A stretch of DNA of 64,000 nucleotides from Octopus sinensis (taxonomy: Eukaryota): assembly GCF_006345805.1 (NCBI RefSeq), contig NC_042998.1:143778001-143842000 (forward strand), written 5' to 3'. The first letter of the stretch is position 1. Each line of letters begins with the position of its first letter. Below the pieces are notes generated by a model. It ran no database searches and was not told where the DNA came from. It was given only the letters and a program-made list of their open reading frames with translations. The translations under genes and the position numbers were made by a program. Positions 48,214 to 61,250 of this stretch are shown one piece after another.

Positions 48214-51200
48214 GACCCAGAAATGGTTAACATTCTTTAGAAATATAATAATGGAATGTTGCCAGATGTAAAGCTAATATGGTAACTTTGGTTTTTGTTG
48301 TTGTTTTATCTTCAGCATTCTTGATGTAACTTAAATTTTATACCTTGTCTTCTCTAGACTCTCCTCTTTTTCTCTCTCATTTGCATATACACATTTATAC
48401 AATCACACCTTACTGAGAGATACCTTTTCTACAAAATAACTGGGGTTTTTTTTTCTATAACCTGGTATCATCTCAAAATGGTTGAAATTTTCGGTTATGG
48501 ATGTAATCATGTACTTAATTTTGTTCCTGAACTGACAACAGTAATACATAGTAGTGAGTCAGTGAGGTGACTTATAATACTTAAAATATCATTGATTGCT
48601 ATCATTTGTTTCATATCACTCACAGTTCTGGAGTAGTGATTCATACTTTCTCCAGTGAATAGGAGCTGATCTTACCACTAGAACTAAACAATAACAAACA
48701 CTACACATCTGTTTCCAGCTAGCTTAACAATCCACTTCAAACTCATTCTCTTTTTTGTGTTTTGTCTTACTTGTTAAGGTATGTTGGGTAAAAGTTAAAT
48801 CAATGACTAAAGAATTAAGACACACAACTTTACCACTTGGCAAAAACAATTCTTTTCTTAATGTTTAGTTATTGACTGATCGTATTCTTTCTTTAGTTTA
48901 TTTTATTTCTTCAACTTAAATTTTTAATCTAAAACAGTTGTGGCCTCATTCTTTCCTGGCAGTTCAGAAAATGGAGAAATTAGAAATTTTACATTTTTAT
49001 AGATGATTTATATAATTATTATAATCTTTTAATAACTATAACTGTAAATTTTAGACCAGATGGGGAAATCTAAGAGGAACTGGAAAATGAATGTTATTGC
49101 TCTACATGTAGAATTTTCAATAACCTTTTTCATCCTGTCTGGCACAGCCTCTGATTCTTTGATACAAACAACTTCTGGTTTAAATTGATCATAAATTTAA
49201 GCCTTCTTTATATCATAATTTTATGTAAGAACTCTGTTAAGTTTCAAAGTACTAAATGTAGATGGTCTTGAATTAGGATCATTGGAAGTATGGTTATGGA
49301 AGGTTAAGATTTAAGGTCTTCTCTTCAACTCTTCCAGTGTCAAATAATTTGAATTTTTGATTTTTATTTCAAGAAAACTAAATTCCTTGTTGCATGTCTT
49401 TGGTCTTTCCTTCGTTGGTCAGCTGTATTGCAGAAACACTAACTTCATTTCTTATGTCATTTAACTTCTTCTCAAAGAGCACCTTCCATAGTTGATAAGT
49501 CTTACGCACATTCAACATAATACCTGCAGTCAAGCAATGTTGAGGTAGAAGTGTCTACCACTGTTGTACACTTGCATCTTTGTCCTGCCTTCTCAGCAGG
49601 ACAAATGTGGGTTTCTTCATAAGCTTTGACTCCTATTCACTTATCTATATTGTAAAAGTGGCAAGTTAGGTGTTGTGTCTAATGGCACTCATCACAATGG
49701 CTAGCAATGTTAAATCCTCGAGCTGAATCTTGGAAATCTTTGCATTTTACCTTGTATTTTATTCAGTCAAATAAAATTATGTTTGATTAATACAATTTCT
49801 TTAAATAGTCTGCCATTTTTCTGATATAAATATTTTTTCTCTCTTCTTTTTTTGAGAAAATAGCAGAATGTTAGCACATCAGACAAAATACTTTGTGACA
49901 TTTCTTCCAGCTCTTTACATTCTGAGTTCAAATTCTGCCAAGGTTGTCTTTGCCTTTCATCCTTTCAGGTCAATAAAATAAGTACCAGTTAAACACGGGT
50001 TAATGCAATCATCTTACCCTCTCCTTTCAAACTTGCTGGCCTTATACCAAAATTAGAAAGAAATATCAGTGACATCATAGGTTCATTTCCCCATGTTGGC
50101 ATGGGTTAGACAGGTCTCACAGTAATTTGTCATTTGTTGCAATCATGTGGTACAACAGCAACAAGAGAATCAATATCAGTTATCTTTGCTGTTATATTAT
50201 GTATTAGGGTTACATTCCTAAATGGTGTTTCTCTCTGCTGTATACCCTTGCAGTCATCAACCACTTTACATTATGACATAACATTTGTACTTTCTTTGAT
50301 GTATAGATTACAGATTTGTATCCTAACCAAGATGTATATCTTTGAGTAAGCCACAATTCTTGGCATAAGTCAATGTTTTTTTTATTTATTTTTTTATAAG
50401 CATTGGTATGCTGGCAAACATAGAAGAGCACCAAATTAAATATTTTAACTATATTTAATGTCATCATTTTACATACTGAGCTGATATTGTCAGGGTCAGA
50501 TTTGCTTTTGATAAAACAAATTCTACTGATGTACTGGAGTTAAATCAAATATTCTATCTCTAAATTCCAGAAAATAATTTCATTTGATTAAAGCAATTCT
50601 TTACAGTAACAGCAATGGTACACTGCTGATCAAAACAGCCTACCATTGTAACTTAGATAATAATAGCAGGCCAAACCAATTTACTTTAAACTATTAAATT
50701 TCTTTATTCTAAATTCAGGTTCTTCTGAAATCAGTTTTAACCTTGACCTTTCATTCCTCCAGATTTATTATGGACCAATAATAAAATAATAAAACTATCA
50801 CTTTTCTCACTTAGTCACTACCTTTCCTATAAAAGTTGTTCTTGTATCCTATGGTATTATTGAATTTGTATAAGTAGTGCAGAAAAACTGATGTATCCTT
50901 TCCAGGTTGTAATGGCCCTATATACATGGTGTCTGTCTTACATTTCTATAGAATTAAACAGTGAATGCGTGAGTGTGTTTAAGTAAACTTGTGTCTGAAT
51001 ACAAGCACTTATTAATCCTGTTCAGACCAATCTGTCTATGATTCAAACTTCCTGTTTTAAAGTGATCTAAACTAGAACCTTCCATCAAGATTTCATGTTA
51101 ATTTATATTCCAAACACCAGCTTAATATTGACAGTTACTCCTCATTATTTTACCAAATGAACTGAAATAAAGTAGTGTATTTCTACTAAAATATGTTAAC

Positions 51201-53020
51201 AAAAGGGTTAAACTCTGATATTTTCTAAAAAGCAGTAATAATGGAGAATACAGACATGAGGGGAAACTAGAGAATCATGATTGCTACCACTTAACTCTGC
51301 TGCACCTGACTTATATCCCACAAGTCAGGAAGTTATTGAATGGGTGGTATTTTATCATCATCACGCACATCCACAATACCAAAACAAGCTCTGTTTAAAA
51401 GATCATCCTGCACATGAAAATGATTATAGTGAATGAAGCATGCATCAGAACTGCTATTCACTTTTCAGACAGTTAAGCTTTCCTTCCTGTGTCCCAACAT
51501 TTTTTGAGACCACCAGAAACATCGATCCCCAGCTTTTACACATTAGAGTACCCTTTTCTTAGAATGGTGCTCTAACAAGAACTAGGGGCCCAACACTCCC
51601 AAAATGGTCTAAGCATGTCTGTTCATCCCATTTCAAGTATTTCTGTCCACAGTCAATGCTAAATATTTGTTGGCCCTATGTTGGGAGTGGGGTCATCCAT
51701 TGAATAGATGGAAGCTCATCAGACAGGACTGTATTTTACATTTGGGTTGCTACTGTTTGGAAATAGTTTTAATCTTTTAAAGAAATCAGCTTCCAACTTG
51801 GGTCTGTCATTATCTCCAGGACTCATAACCTGATTTTCATGGAATATAAGTCACTGAGATTACCACCTCACCTTCACCCCCCCCCCCTTAAATGGGACAC
51901 TGATCAGTTGCAGGGTTAAGTTCCCAGTGTTTTTTTTTTTTGTTTTTTTTTGCTGGAGCTCATTTACAGCTAGGTGGACGAGAGCAGTGTGAAATGAACA
52001 CACTGCACCACCTGATCCAGGAGTTGAAACCTTATAATTGTGATGCAACACTTTAACCACTAGGTAACACTCCTTCATCAAATAAAATCAGTGCTTTAAC
52101 TAATTGAATTCATTTCAATATGTTACCCACAAGGGAGCATGTGTGTTTTTATATATGATGCAGCACTGCTACAGTAACTATTCTCCCATTGAAAGAATTT
52201 GACTCAGCACTGTAAGACAACAAAATATTTATCAGCTTTACAGTGCATTTGTTGCCTGCAACAATGAATCATGCCACCTATAGTGCTTACTTAAATGACC
52301 TACATGGAATTGTCTGGGTCAAGGATACAGGGCAACACAGTATTAAAGTGAAATACTAAACTGATCACCATCATGTTGGTTGCTATTAAATTATAAGGAT
52401 TAATCTGATCAGCAAATGGCTATTTGAACCATTATCATTCTCATTTAATGTCCACTTTTCTATGTTTGCATGGGTCAGATAGAATTTATTGAAGCAACTG
52501 TTTCTATGGCCAACCCTTACCTATTTCCAAGCATGGTAATATTTCCCTGTAGCCTGACATGCTTTTCATAGAAGACTCCAATAAACAATATTGTTTGTAT
52601 GATGCTTGTTTACACACACACACTCATAAAGAGCTTCTTCCACCTTCTGCCTCCAAATCCTTCAAGAATCTGGAGACACTTGCCCAAAGTGTCACATAGT
52701 GTAACTGAACCCATGACGACATGGTTAGGAAGCAAGGTTTTCAACCATGCCTGCACCTATCTAAATGTTTGACCTTTTGACACCAACTTGCCTGAGACCA
52801 TCCCTGTTTCTGTGATACAAACTTCCTTTGTGCTAATTTGTTCCAGATACCAGCTTAATAATGAGTTATTTTTCTAAATACTTCATTATTTTGAAAATTA
52901 ATTGAAGCAAATGCTGTGTACTTCAACTGATACACAATTAAAAAAGGATTAAATGATTGCATTTTGGTGTTTTTTGTTAATTAGTTCTTTAATGATCTTG
53001 CATCTTAAGAGAAGAAATGG

Positions 53021-53332
53021 TACTTTTTGGTTATCTCACCGCCATTATTTCCCCCAACTGAAAAAAAATGTTTAACCCTCAATAAAACAAAACAAAAAAT
53101 GAAAAAATAAACAGGACAAGCGAAAAGATTAAACATCTTATTGAATCTAAACAAATCATACCATGCCTATTGAGGAGGCCAAAAGTCAAGAATGTGTTGA
53201 AGTATTGAATCAAAAGGATCTAACTCTTTTAATCCAATCTCTTGTCGCCACATAAACTCAGAATTTTAGTGGGGAAATAACCCAAGTTTTTTAATGGCAA
53301 TTTTTTAATGGGGGTGAGATAACCAAGAAGTG
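53021..53332. mobile_element. MITE with about 25-bp TIRs
   Basis: CTTTTTGGTTATCTCACCGCCATTA versus the reverse complement CTTCTTGGTTATCTCACCCCCATTA. Confidence 0.55.
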
Positions 53333-53554
53333 CTGAAGAAATCGTTTCATGGATTTTTTTTTAAATACTGGTTATATACTTTACCATGACTTCACAAAAT
53401 GTTATTCCATGTTTTTAAAAAATGACAATTGCATTTCATTATTGATTGGTGTACTAATAGTTATATAGCAAAATGAAGATTGTTACTATTTTGTTACATT
53501 AGTTTTTTATTGAGTATGTGGAAACTGTGGAAGCTTTTGTGTGTGTGTGAAGGC

Positions 53555-53850
53555 ACATGGCTTAGTGGTTAGGATATTCTGCTCACTATCATAACACAAG
53601 TTCAATTCCCAGTGATGCATTGTGTTATTGAGCAAGATACTTTATTTCACATTGCTCCAGTCCACTCAGCTGCCAAAAATCAGTAGTACCTGTATTTCAA
53701 AGGGCCAGCTTTGTCCTATCCTGTGCCACATTGAATCTCCCTGAGAACTATTAAAGATACACGTATCTGTGGACTGCTCAGCCACATACATGTTAATTTC
53801 ACGAGCAGACTGTTCCATTGATTGGATCAACTGGAACCCTCGTTGTCATA
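53555..53850 (+). mobile_element. tRNA-derived SINE, third family, CpG-decayed
   Basis: GAAGGCACATGGCTTAGTGGTTAG head plus the tail seen at 2850-3030. Confidence 0.75.
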
Positions 53851-54708
53851 ACCGACTACGTGCCAATGTGTGTGTGTGTGTGTATCTACACTTGCTCCCT
53901 ACCATCAATTAAAAGGTGTTGACTTGTTTACATCCCCAAAATTTACCAATTCATCAAAAGAGTCTGATAGAATAAGTACCAGGCTTAGGAATAAGTACTG
54001 GAGTCAATTTGTTTGACTAAACCCTTCAAGGTGATGTCCAAGCATGGCTGCAGTCCAATGACAAACTATTGATAAAAGATTTACTTCATCTAGTTTTTCA
54101 CCTGTTTTACGTTGTTCTTAGTCCATCTGTATAAACTTTGTATTCAATAGTTTTGATATTGAAGCAAATCTAAGCACTTTGCTTTCTTTATCTATCTCCA
54201 TTTAAGATTTATGCTTTTGATAAAATTTCATTGGTTGCTATTTTACATCTATTTTTTCATACAGGCATGGGTAGGATGAATTTCAAAAACTGAACCTATG
54301 TAAATGCTGGAATAAGTTGTTTTAAAATTACATCTTTCCCACTACAAACCGCTTAATTATGAAGTAGAGGTGTGTCATATCTAGACTAGCAGAGTAAGTG
54401 GGTTTAGAAAATAATGCTAAACTTGTAACCTCTTAGTTAATTGTCCAACAATGTAAGCTCAGTCAGTCTCTGCTCTTGCTCCCATCTGTGTTTCTGACTT
54501 GTTGACATATTTGTTTCTGTTTTTTTTTAAATATACTATTACATATAATATTTCAGTTCTATCAATCATTCCTCACAAGTGGCAATACCATAATAATGTT
54601 GAACCAGAGAGATGTCTGACCTTTTTCCACTCTCTCCTGCCGATTTAATACATCTTGACTAATTTTATTTAGTGATGAGGAAAGCAAACAATCTTTTTAC
54701 TTACTTTG

Positions 54709-54904
54709 TTTACATTTGATGGATATTTGTCTTCATCTTGTTTGTTGTTAACATGTTTCAGCTGATATACCCTCCAGCCTTCATCAGGTGTCTTGGGGAA
54801 ATTTCGAATTTCCCCAAGACACTTGATGAAGGCTGGAGGGTATATCAGCTGAAACGTTGTGTTAACAACAAACAAGATGAGGACAAATATCCATCAAATG
54901 TAAA
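54709..54904. repeat. 196-bp near-perfect palindrome, each arm carrying a type I hammerhead motif
   Basis: Centre TTCGAA at 54803-54808. The plus arm reads GACAC-UUGAUGA-A-GGCUG(10)CAGCU-GAAAC-GUU/GUGUU. The minus arm has an intact CUGAUGA but a deleted cleavage site. Confidence 0.85.
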
Positions 54905-57435
54905 TAATGTACATAATTCCCCATCTCTTAAATATAGAATCTTTTACTTGTTGAATAGTCAAAAGTTCAGTGTTTCTTTGATTGGTAATCATTTGTAATT
55001 ATTGTCTTGTACAGTTTTTGCACTCAAGTGATTATGAATATTCTGATTTGTTCTCAGTCAAATGTTACATTTGTCAAATTCATCCCCACTTAAAGTTTTC
55101 CCCCCTAAGCTTTTTCAGCCAGCCTTTTCTCTGATTTTACTTTTGTTAATTTTGTGGGGTTGTTATGTTTGGTAGATTTACCTAAACTTAATGGTGATAA
55201 ATTATTGGACTGGTAGTTGACTTTGAATCTACTGCAGGTTACTCATCCATCTAGAAAGAACTTATAATTCTACATGCATTATGACTCTTGACTCAGCTAC
55301 AGAGAAGGCACAAGACTTTGGTTGCTAGACCTGTGTACATTTTAAGACATGGGATATATGTAGTTAGTAATCAATTATATTGATGTATCAACAAAGGAGA
55401 TTTAAGTTCAATTCCATCATCAATATAATCAGCCTGGGATGGTTTGCAAAATTCAAGGCCATTACTTTGCTTTATTCATCAAAGTAACTTCCATGCTTAA
55501 ACCCCCAAAATATGTCTGCTTTGGTAAGGTGTTGATCAATAAAGGCAGAGTTGATTCTATTCACATTTCAAACTTAGCCATTTGCCTCATGTTAACTGTT
55601 CTCTGATAGTTACTGAGATAGCATCTTTCATTTATAGTGCTATTTATAAATCATAGAAATATGGAGTTATATGTAAGCCTTCACCGAATCTTTTAGTTGA
55701 TTAGCAGCTTATGTATGTCACAGTTATTAATCACTTGGACTCTGTCTTGACATTAATGTTGCTATTTGTGCTCATTAACTCCTTAAGATGTGCTAAGTTA
55801 AATAGTACTAATTAATTTAGAGGTGTTAATCTTCAGGAATTTAAGTTTTAAAATAGTAGCAATGGAGTATGGTGCATGGTGTGACAGTATTTATGTGATA
55901 CCATCATTTACCATGTTTTTATTATTTCTGATTCTTATATCAGTGTTAGTTATTAATTTGCTTCCTTGCTTCTTGGTCGCCTTCCTCTAACTCCCTGCAT
56001 GCTGAAAATTATTTTCTCCCTGAACAAACAGCCAGACCCCAACCCTAACTCCCAACCCAACCCAGTCAGCCAAAGTTATTATTTAGATTTCTTTGGTGGA
56101 TGAGTCACCTTCATCAGGCTGGGAATTTCAAATTAAAGACAAAAGTTGACTGAGATGTAGTCTAGCAGAGATGAGAAATGAAAGACAAAAAAGAAATATT
56201 TTACGCGTCTGAGTAAAAGAATATGTCTGCTGCTGCACCACAACACTTCTTAATTGTTATGTATTTAAGAAGGGGAGTGTGTTACTATATAGCACCATTT
56301 AATTGTTTCTTCTGTATTAGAGAGTGTATAACCGACACCATTATTATTAAATTGTGTGGCTGGGAGTAGACGGGATGGTATAAGAGGGGAGAATAGGAGT
56401 AGAGCCATACATCACTTGTCTAAATTGCATTGTTTCCATGATTGGGTTTTGTTTTGAGTTTTACTGCTTTATTTTATGTTATGTTAAAATTCTATTCACA
56501 AAATATGAAAATAAGGGCTGGCAACAATACCTAGACACTTCTTTATTCACCCCTAAAACCAATATATAATTTGCATGATGATCTTATTATTTATAAGCTA
56601 TGACTAAACAATCTTAATGGGGGGTTTTTTTTTCTGTATTTCTGTCAGTGTTTTTATACTATTTAAAAATAGATTTATTTTCTGCATCTTATGATTTGAC
56701 TTGACCACCATCATCATCATCATCCTTCACATAGAGTTTAATGCTGGTATTTGAAAATCCATGCATTTCATTATCACTCGCCTTAATCTATACAACATCA
56801 CTCATGAATGTCGATTTCAACTTGAGAGCAAATTTCCTTCCAGGCTGTGCAAGATGATATTACATATGCCAACTCTGAAATAGTGCACAATCCTGTATAC
56901 CACATAAGCTCCTGACACCAATTTTGAATGGTGGCTGTAGAAAATTTGCAGTGACAGGTTAATCTGTTTGATGAAAATAGCTACCTGCAAATTTCCAGCT
57001 GTCTTAGTTTCGATTGTCTGACTGATCCACATATTTTAACAAAAATATGATTGCAAAAAGGTTAACACTACCTTGGACCTTAGGTGTTTTGGTGAAGTCC
57101 TCTCTGATGCAATCATTTAGGTTAAGTTTTAGTAAGAATAACCTTCTCTTCTAGCATTAAGCCATTATATAAAAGTTATAGGCTTGTAACCTGATCTTAA
57201 ATCATTTAGTTTTTAATTTGATTTCTACCTTAACACTTTAAATAAAGTGATATTATGGCCAGTTCAACTACACTTGTCCTACTTATCAGGAGATATAAAG
57301 AGTAATCTCTTCATCTGTAATCTCTCTGCATATTTTATCTGAAATGCATATTCACATATTACATAGTCAATCCCCTTTCTCTTTAAAGACACTTTCTTTT
57401 TTCTTACATTTATAAGGTATTTCTTATGTGCACAG

Positions 57436-57452
57436 ACCTACAACTACTATTG
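57436..57452 (+). other. Candidate 17-nt microexon
   Basis: ...TTTCTTATGTGCACAG|ACCTACAACTACTATTG|GTGAGT. Confidence 0.4.
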
Positions 57453-58266
57453 GTGAGTTGAGCACATACAGATTATCATCCTTCAGTCTAATTCCAGTAA
57501 AGTGGTGTGGTTAGTACTGTACTCAATAATATTTATTGGTTATGATATACAGAGCAAATGCAGTAGAAATTATGATACACACAAGATGCAGTTTATATCA
57601 TTTGTTCCCTACAAACATTTCACCATCATCTTGTGTTTATCATATTTTTTCCTTATATGCATGCTAACACACTTTCCATTAAACTGCTCCCTCTTCCATT
57701 AAGTCTCTGATTACGTTCTCTAGCAATGTCACTTAACCTCTCAATCATACTTCATCCTTTTAGTCTATTTTCTATCCCTATTGCATACACTTTTTTTTTC
57801 TGTGGTTATGCATTTTACCTAATGCTTTATACATAAGTAATAATTATATCTGAAGTGTCCTTCTATAACGATTTTAGGATTATTTTAAAAGTAATTACTG
57901 TATCAGGCAGTGAGTTCTATTTATATATAAGGCCTATTTTAATTTCTGATTTCTTTTTTTTTTTTTTTCTGACTATTCAGATAATTCTCAAAAGCTTTTA
58001 CTGATTTCATTTAAATTTGTCACACAACACAATAATCTTTTTAAAGTAATTTATTATATTTTTATAATTTATCTTGCTTTATGCCATTGATTTTTCTGTT
58101 GCCATTGTCTCTCTAATATGTAGACATTATGTTTGATATGTGTTGGAAGTGATTCTCTATTTTGGCTATTTGTAGTTCTAAATTTATTGACCATTAATCT
58201 TCTTCTTGGAGAAGATAAAATAAATTCAATCTTTTTTATTTTCCTCCATTTTTTTCTTTTCATTAG

Positions 58267-58284
58267 ACATTGTCTCATCTTGTG
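58267..58284 (+). other. Candidate 18-nt microexon
   Basis: A long polypyrimidine tract, then TTTCATTAG|ACATTGTCTCATCTTGTG|GTAAGC. Confidence 0.45.
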
Positions 58285-58427
58285 GTAAGCTTTTGGCATA
58301 TATATATATGTATGTATGTATATTTATATGTATATATGTATATTTATATGTGTATATATATATATGTATGTATATTTATATGTATGTATATTTATATGTA
58401 TGTATATATATATATGTATGTATATTT

Positions 58428-58633
58428 GTTGATTCGTTAGCTACTGCACGCATTTTTTTTCTCTCCTTCTTTCTGTGTTTTTCTCTCTCTGTGTATCTTT
58501 CTGTTGAAGAGCGTAGGCTCGAAACGTTAAAGACTTGTTTTATTTATATTTCCTGAGCGCCATACTAATACAATTGTTCGTTTGTTTTCCACCTGCCTTC
58601 GTCTTTTGTTTATTTTCATAAAACTTCCCGTTA
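58428..58633 (+). mobile_element. Penelope-type terminal repeat with intact hammerhead fold (CUGUUGA core, 58496-58533)
   Basis: UCUUU-CUGUUGA-A-GAGC(GUAG)GCUC-GAAAC-GUU/AAAGA. Confidence 0.7.
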
Positions 58634-58634
58634 T

Positions 58635-58735
58635 GTATATATATATATATATGTATGTATATTTATATGTATGTATATATATATATATGTATGTATATTT
58701 ATATGTATGTATATGTATGTATATTTATATGTATG

Positions 58736-58772
<37 letters not shown>

Positions 58773-59135
58773 GTATATATATATGTATGTATATATGTAT
58801 GTATATATATATGTATATTTATATATATGTATGTATATTTATATGTATGTATATTTATATGTATGTATGTATATTTATATATATGTATGTATATTTATAT
58901 GTATGTATGTATATTTATATGTATGTATATATATGTATATATGTATGTATATTTATATGTATGTATATATATGTATATATGTATGTATATATATATGTAT
59001 GTATATATATATATATGTATGTATATATATGTGTATATGTATGTATATATATATGTATGTATGTGTATGTATATATATATGTATATATATATAAATATAT
59101 GTATGTATGTATATATATATATATATGTGTATATA
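58635..59135. repeat. TA-rich minisatellite (ATGTATGTATATTTAT-like units)
   Basis: Visible directly. Related units occur at 58300-58425. Confidence 0.85.
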
Positions 59136-59136
59136 T

Positions 59137-59340
59137 AGGGAGAGTTTACGAAAAAAACAAAAGACGAAGACAGGTGATGTACAAAACAAACAGATGTATT
59201 AGTATATCGCTCAGGAATAGAAAGTCTTTTACGTTTTGAACCTACGCTCTTCTACAGAAAGGGACACAGAAAAAAATGTGTGTAGTGGCTAATGATCTAT
59301 CATGGCGACTGACTTCTAACAGAAGGGTCACACACGAGAG
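59137..59340 (-). mobile_element. Penelope-type terminal repeat, inverted relative to 58428, hammerhead damaged
   Basis: Reverse complement CUGUAGA-A-GAGC..GUUC-AAAAC-GUA, with G12 lost by a CpG-type change. Confidence 0.7.
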
Positions 59341-59370
59341 GGAATATATATATATGTGTGTGTGTATATA

Positions 59371-59405
<35 letters not shown>

Positions 59406-60227
59406 GTCTATATATGTGTGTGTGTGTGTGTATATGTCTATATATGTGTGTGTGTGTGTATATGTCTATATATGTGTGTGTGTGTGTATATGTCTATATA
59501 TGTATGTGTGTGTGTGTATATGTCTATATATGTATATGTGTGTGTGTGTATATATATATGTATATGTGTGTGTGTGTGTATATATATATGTATATATGTG
59601 TGTGTGTATGTATATGTGTGTGTACATATGTATATATATATATGTGTGTGTATGTATATTTATGTGTGTATATTTATATATATATGTATATATGTATGCA
59701 AAAGAATTTTTTTTCATTTAGTATATTTCTTATATTTTTCTCCTTTTTCTATATCACAGTTTTTATAATTAGCCTTGTTGGATACGTTTCCAATTAGCCA
59801 GTCACTTGTTTACTGTATGTCACAAGAGTAGGAAAGGAATTTCTTTTACTTGTTTCAGTCATTGGACTGTGACCATACTGGAGCACTACCTTGAGAAGTT
59901 TGATAGTTTTATAATTTAGGCACAAGGCCTAAATTTTCACATGGGTGGGATTAGTTGATACTATCAACCTCAATACCTGACTGGTACTTTGTTTTTTGAC
60001 CCTGGAGAAGAGCTGAGCAAATTACTGCATGGTATTATGTCTAATACTTGCTGGTTGTTTATTTATTTATTGAAACAGATTTTCTATAATCAGATGCTCT
60101 TCCTGTTGTCAACTCTACACGTGCTTCCAAGCATGGTAATATTTCCTCATGGTTAGATATGATATTCATTTAAAACTATCATGCAATGTTGAGGCAAGAA
60201 GACACAAATACATATACACACACTCAC

Positions 60228-60402
60228 GGAGTGGCTACACTCACGGAGTGGTTGGCGTTAGGAAGGGCATCCAGCCGTAGAAACACTGCCAGATTTGACT
60301 GGGCCTGATGAAGCCTTCTGGCTTCACAGACCCCAGTAGAACCGTCCAACCCATGCTAGCATGGAAAACGGACGCTAAATGATGATGATGATGATGATGA
60401 TG
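60228..60402 (+). mobile_element. RTE 3'-tail-only copy with (GAT)n end
   Basis: Matches 680-843 and has a short duplication CACTCACGGAGTGG at its 5' edge. Confidence 0.75.
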
Positions 60403-60714
60403 ACACACACACACACAAGACTTCTTTCAGTTTTGATCTTCCAAATTCACTCACAAGTAGTAGAAGACACTTGCCGAAGGTACTACCCAGTGGGACTGGA
60501 CACAAGACCATATGATTAGGATGCAAGCTTCTAAACCAACAGCTTGAGCCAGCTGTCAAAGTGATGTTTGTTTCATGGCTAGCACCTGAACCTTTTGTTG
60601 TCACTTTAAAGTACCATCCAGTGCCCCATAACCCCAAAATGTGTTTGGATGGAAAACTTCTTAACCATCCAGTTACACTTCTTTAACTTATATAAATAAC
60701 TTCTGTTGCACTTT

Positions 60715-61250
60715 GGATTTGTTCATGTTCTTTTGTTGCAGGGACTATGAGCTCTTCTGCTGCAATAACAATATTTTGTTTCTGGGTTGTAGTCATAAAC
60801 CCAACTTTCATTACTGTTAATGATTTCAGAGGTGAAAGTTTGGCCAGTGTTAGCTTTCTCCCAAAAATTCCAAACCACCTTGGAATACCACTGCTTTTGA
60901 TGAAGTATCAAGAACTGGGGTGGGTGGCAAGTTTAGTGTGAATTTCGGGAAGACTCCATAACTGATTCCAACCATATGGGTAGGTTGATGACTGTTATGT
61001 TCTAGTGTTTTACAAGTGTCTGGTTACCCTCAATGCTCTTTATCTTGAAGTGACATTCCACTGGCCTTGCATCGTGTATACATGTGTACCTCAAACCATT
61101 CTCTTTTGACCAAAAGACTGATGAAGCATTTCAAGGGTCTAGATTTACCAAGACTCATGCAAAATTTGATGCTGGCCTGTTCGAATTATATATTATCCAT
61201 TGTTAAAAATCACAGAACCATTCTGTACTTCCATTACAAACCCTCACATA
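60715..61250 (-). pseudogene. Decayed mariner transposase
   Basis: IINSNESWVYDYNPETK resembles the mariner ITGDESWVYxYDPETK motif. Confidence 0.55.

Noticed and set aside
51700-51735. Minus-strand CUGAUGA
   Set aside because: There is no paired GAAA. Isolated CTGATGA at 2349, 37774, 60305 and 61118 were rejected for the same reason or because they lie in RT, SINE or mariner sequence.
56060-56125. Minus-strand CUGAUGA-A-GGUG(7)CACC resembling a hammerhead with perfect stem II
   Set aside because: It is followed by AAAG rather than GAAA, and no NUH is in register with stem I. At best it is a dead relic.
56841-56915. Plus-strand exon AVQDDITYANSEIVHNPVYHISS* with an NPxY-like motif
   Set aside because: The acceptor is plausible, but there is no good donor and no recognisable homology. 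It could be chance.
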